Virus record (IMG/VR): IMGVR_UViG_3300033144_006348
Length of the DNA: 64,000 nt
Strand: one strand, 5' to 3'
DNA from: a virus
Lineage: Duplodnaviria > Heunggongvirae > Uroviricota > Caudoviricetes
The notes beneath the pieces were generated by a model. The model had not been told where the DNA came from. It searched no databases and saw only the letters and a program-made list of their open reading frames with translations. Position numbers and translations under genes: made by a program. Positions 62,772 to 64,000 of the stretch are shown piece after piece. The number at the start of each line of letters is the position of its first letter. Position 1 is the first letter of the stretch.

Positions 62772-63053
62772 ATGGAATGTCCATGTGAAAATTGTATAGT
62801 TCTAGCAATATGTAAAAGTATAGACCATGGACCATTAACAATATTTGAGCTCATAGACCATTGTAGTATTTTAAAAGAATTCTTGCAGATCCGCGGTTGT
62901 AATAAATTCCCTAGAGAAATCAGGACTGATCTCACAATACTATACTTTAAACTTGCAATTAGAGAAATAAATAAATTCTTAAATACACAATCGTCTGGTA
63001 TATTGATAGCCTTTTATTCATTTCATGATGGTGTTTATAATTTTTATTTGTAG
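62772..63053 (+). CDS. Cys-rich mini-protein of the P-C-x2-C-I-V family (MECPCENCIVLAICKS)
   Basis: Internal ATG 62772 gives an N-terminus parallel to 58810 (MKCPCENCITLSMCK). Confidence 0.4.
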   Translation: MECPCENCIVLAICKSIDHGPLTIFELIDHCSILKEFLQIRGCNKFPREIRTDLTILYFKLAIREINKFLNTQSSGILIAFYSFHDGVYNFYL

Positions 63054-63217
63054 CATATATAAGTTTGTGCGAGGAACCTAATGGAGGATGGTGGTTGCAA
63101 TTCTTAGTGAGTACTTGACTTGTTCATGTGGAAACGACTGACAAGAATGTGTAGAACAAAACCATGATAAGATTGGGGCGCTAATCTTATTAAATTGGAT
63201 ACACCCGCACAATTAAT

Positions 63218-63304
63218 GGGAGCGACAACAAATGTGGTAAAGATAGCTGGCTGTAAACCAGTGGCCTGAGTGCTGTGTAGGTTCGATTCCTTCCGCTCCC
63301 ACCA
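63218..63304 (+). tRNA. tRNA-Tyr (anticodon GTA), type II, with a weak D-stem
   Basis: Acceptor GGGAGCG/CGCTCCC (perfect), anticodon stem GCTGG/CCAGT, loop CTGTAAA, T-loop TTCGATT, encoded CCA. D-arm pairing is poor (AACA/AGAT). Confidence 0.6.
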
Positions 63305-63342
63305 CTTTTAAATTAGAACAAAATATAAAAAAGGAGTGTAAT

Positions 63343-63420
63343 CATGGAACTAGAATGTAAATATCCAGCAGGATGGAAATATCCATCATTACCTCGACCA
63401 ACAAAGGAGAAAGTAATATG
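63343..63420 (+). CDS. Possible 25-aa upstream mini-ORF, translationally coupled (ATGA) to the Cys-rich peptide gene
   Basis: RBS AAAAAAGGAGTGTAATCATG. Confidence 0.2.
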
Positions 63421-63564
63421 ACAAAAGAAGAAGAAACTGGAAAACCAACCGGTGGCAATTTGATAGACGAGGCATGTGGCTGCTGCTCGGGATGTTGTGG
63501 AATATATGAACCAGATCGTAACGATCCAGATGAAAATAAGAAACCAACAGAATCTGGTCCGTAG
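63418..63564 (+). CDS. Cys-rich 48-aa peptide (..DEACGCCSGCCGIYEPDRNDPDENKKPTESGP)
   Basis: RBS AAAGGAGAAAGTAATATG. CGCCSGCCG cluster. Confidence 0.35.
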   Translation: MTKEEETGKPTGGNLIDEACGCCSGCCGIYEPDRNDPDENKKPTESGP

Positions 63565-63654
63565 ATGATTCCACCGTAGGGTCGTTCTAGAGATCCTCCT
63601 AAAATGATTTTTAACCGCATCTACTGTTTAAAAATCAAACGGAGGGTCATCAAG

Positions 63655-63966
63655 ATGACTTTTAAAGAACTAAAAAATAAAATCAAAGAAGAACAAAAAA
63701 CTTTAGCACAAAACATAAGAAATGGAAAATCGGGGAGAAAACCTGACAATCGGGGAGATGACAATTTAAAAGATTATAAAAATTTAGATTGGAATCGAGA
63801 TCATTATAGACATACTCATGTTGCTTATTGTTTATTTTTCAATAATACCCCATATGAAAAGATTGAAAATCCAAGAGAAGAGAATAGCCCAAGATCATCT
63901 ACCATTGAAAGTTTGAAAGAAAAATGGTCAGGAGAAATTGATGAAGCTCTTCGTAACTGTGCGTAA
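63655..63966 (+). CDS. Basic hypothetical protein (103 aa)
   Basis: Internal ATG 63655 after AACGGAGGG. Confidence 0.35.
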   Translation: MTFKELKNKIKEEQKTLAQNIRNGKSGRKPDNRGDDNLKDYKNLDWNRDHYRHTHVAYCLFFNNTPYEKIENPREENSPRSSTIESLKEKWSGEIDEALRNCA

Positions 63967-64000
63967 GGATTTGTCTAGTTCTCAACAGGCCGTGCAAGCA

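Noticed and set aside
63061-63217. GC-richer 160-nt stretch before tRNA-Tyr, and 58300-58410 after tRNA-Met, as additional small RNAs
   Set aside because: Only a modest GC bias and short hairpins are visible by eye, without bracketing promoter or terminator. Mentioned in the findings but not listed as features.

Overview
This 64-kb window reads as part of a large (jumbo-like), low-GC (about one-third GC) tailed dsDNA phage genome. Nearly all genes carry strong GGAGG-type Shine-Dalgarno sites. There are four transcription blocks. (1) Minus strand 1-9932: giant tail-fibre genes with very long poly-Ser linkers; one gene carries a frame discontinuity and continues off the window start. (2) Plus strand 9987-25805: accessory genes, including NADAR, a nicotinamidase-like hydrolase, a metallophosphoesterase, vWA, a PP2C phosphatase with a kinase-like partner, and tandem duplicated modules of a Cys-rich mini-protein family. 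The block ends at a terminator at 25822-25862. (3) Minus strand 25867-49465: head morphogenesis genes (major capsid, putative portal/scaffold) and replication/nucleotide-metabolism genes. These include a family-B DNA polymerase with an N-terminal UDG-like domain, a DnaB-like helicase, a QueE-like radical-SAM enzyme plus a TGT/DpdA-like transglycosylase (candidate 7-deazaguanine DNA modification), a ThyA-family enzyme, a glycosyltransferase with a PIG-L deacetylase, GroES-like and HslV-like proteins, a bS21-like ribosomal protein, and several DnaJ-type zinc-finger mini-proteins. (4) Plus strand 50304-63966: 13 tRNA genes (one atypical), each followed about 4 nt later by a TTTGAAAGGAG-type ribosome-binding site and a small ORF; many of these ORFs belong to a family of at least 19 P-C-x2-C-[IL]-V-x2-x-C zinc-ribbon mini-proteins, several of which are tail-anchored. 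Two GC-rich non-coding segments (45.6-46.0 kb and 49.57-50.2 kb) sit between a recurrent promoter-like motif and intrinsic terminators, and are candidate structured RNAs. No CRISPR array, integrase or large terminase was recognised. Every product call is inferred from motifs read by eye, without database searches.
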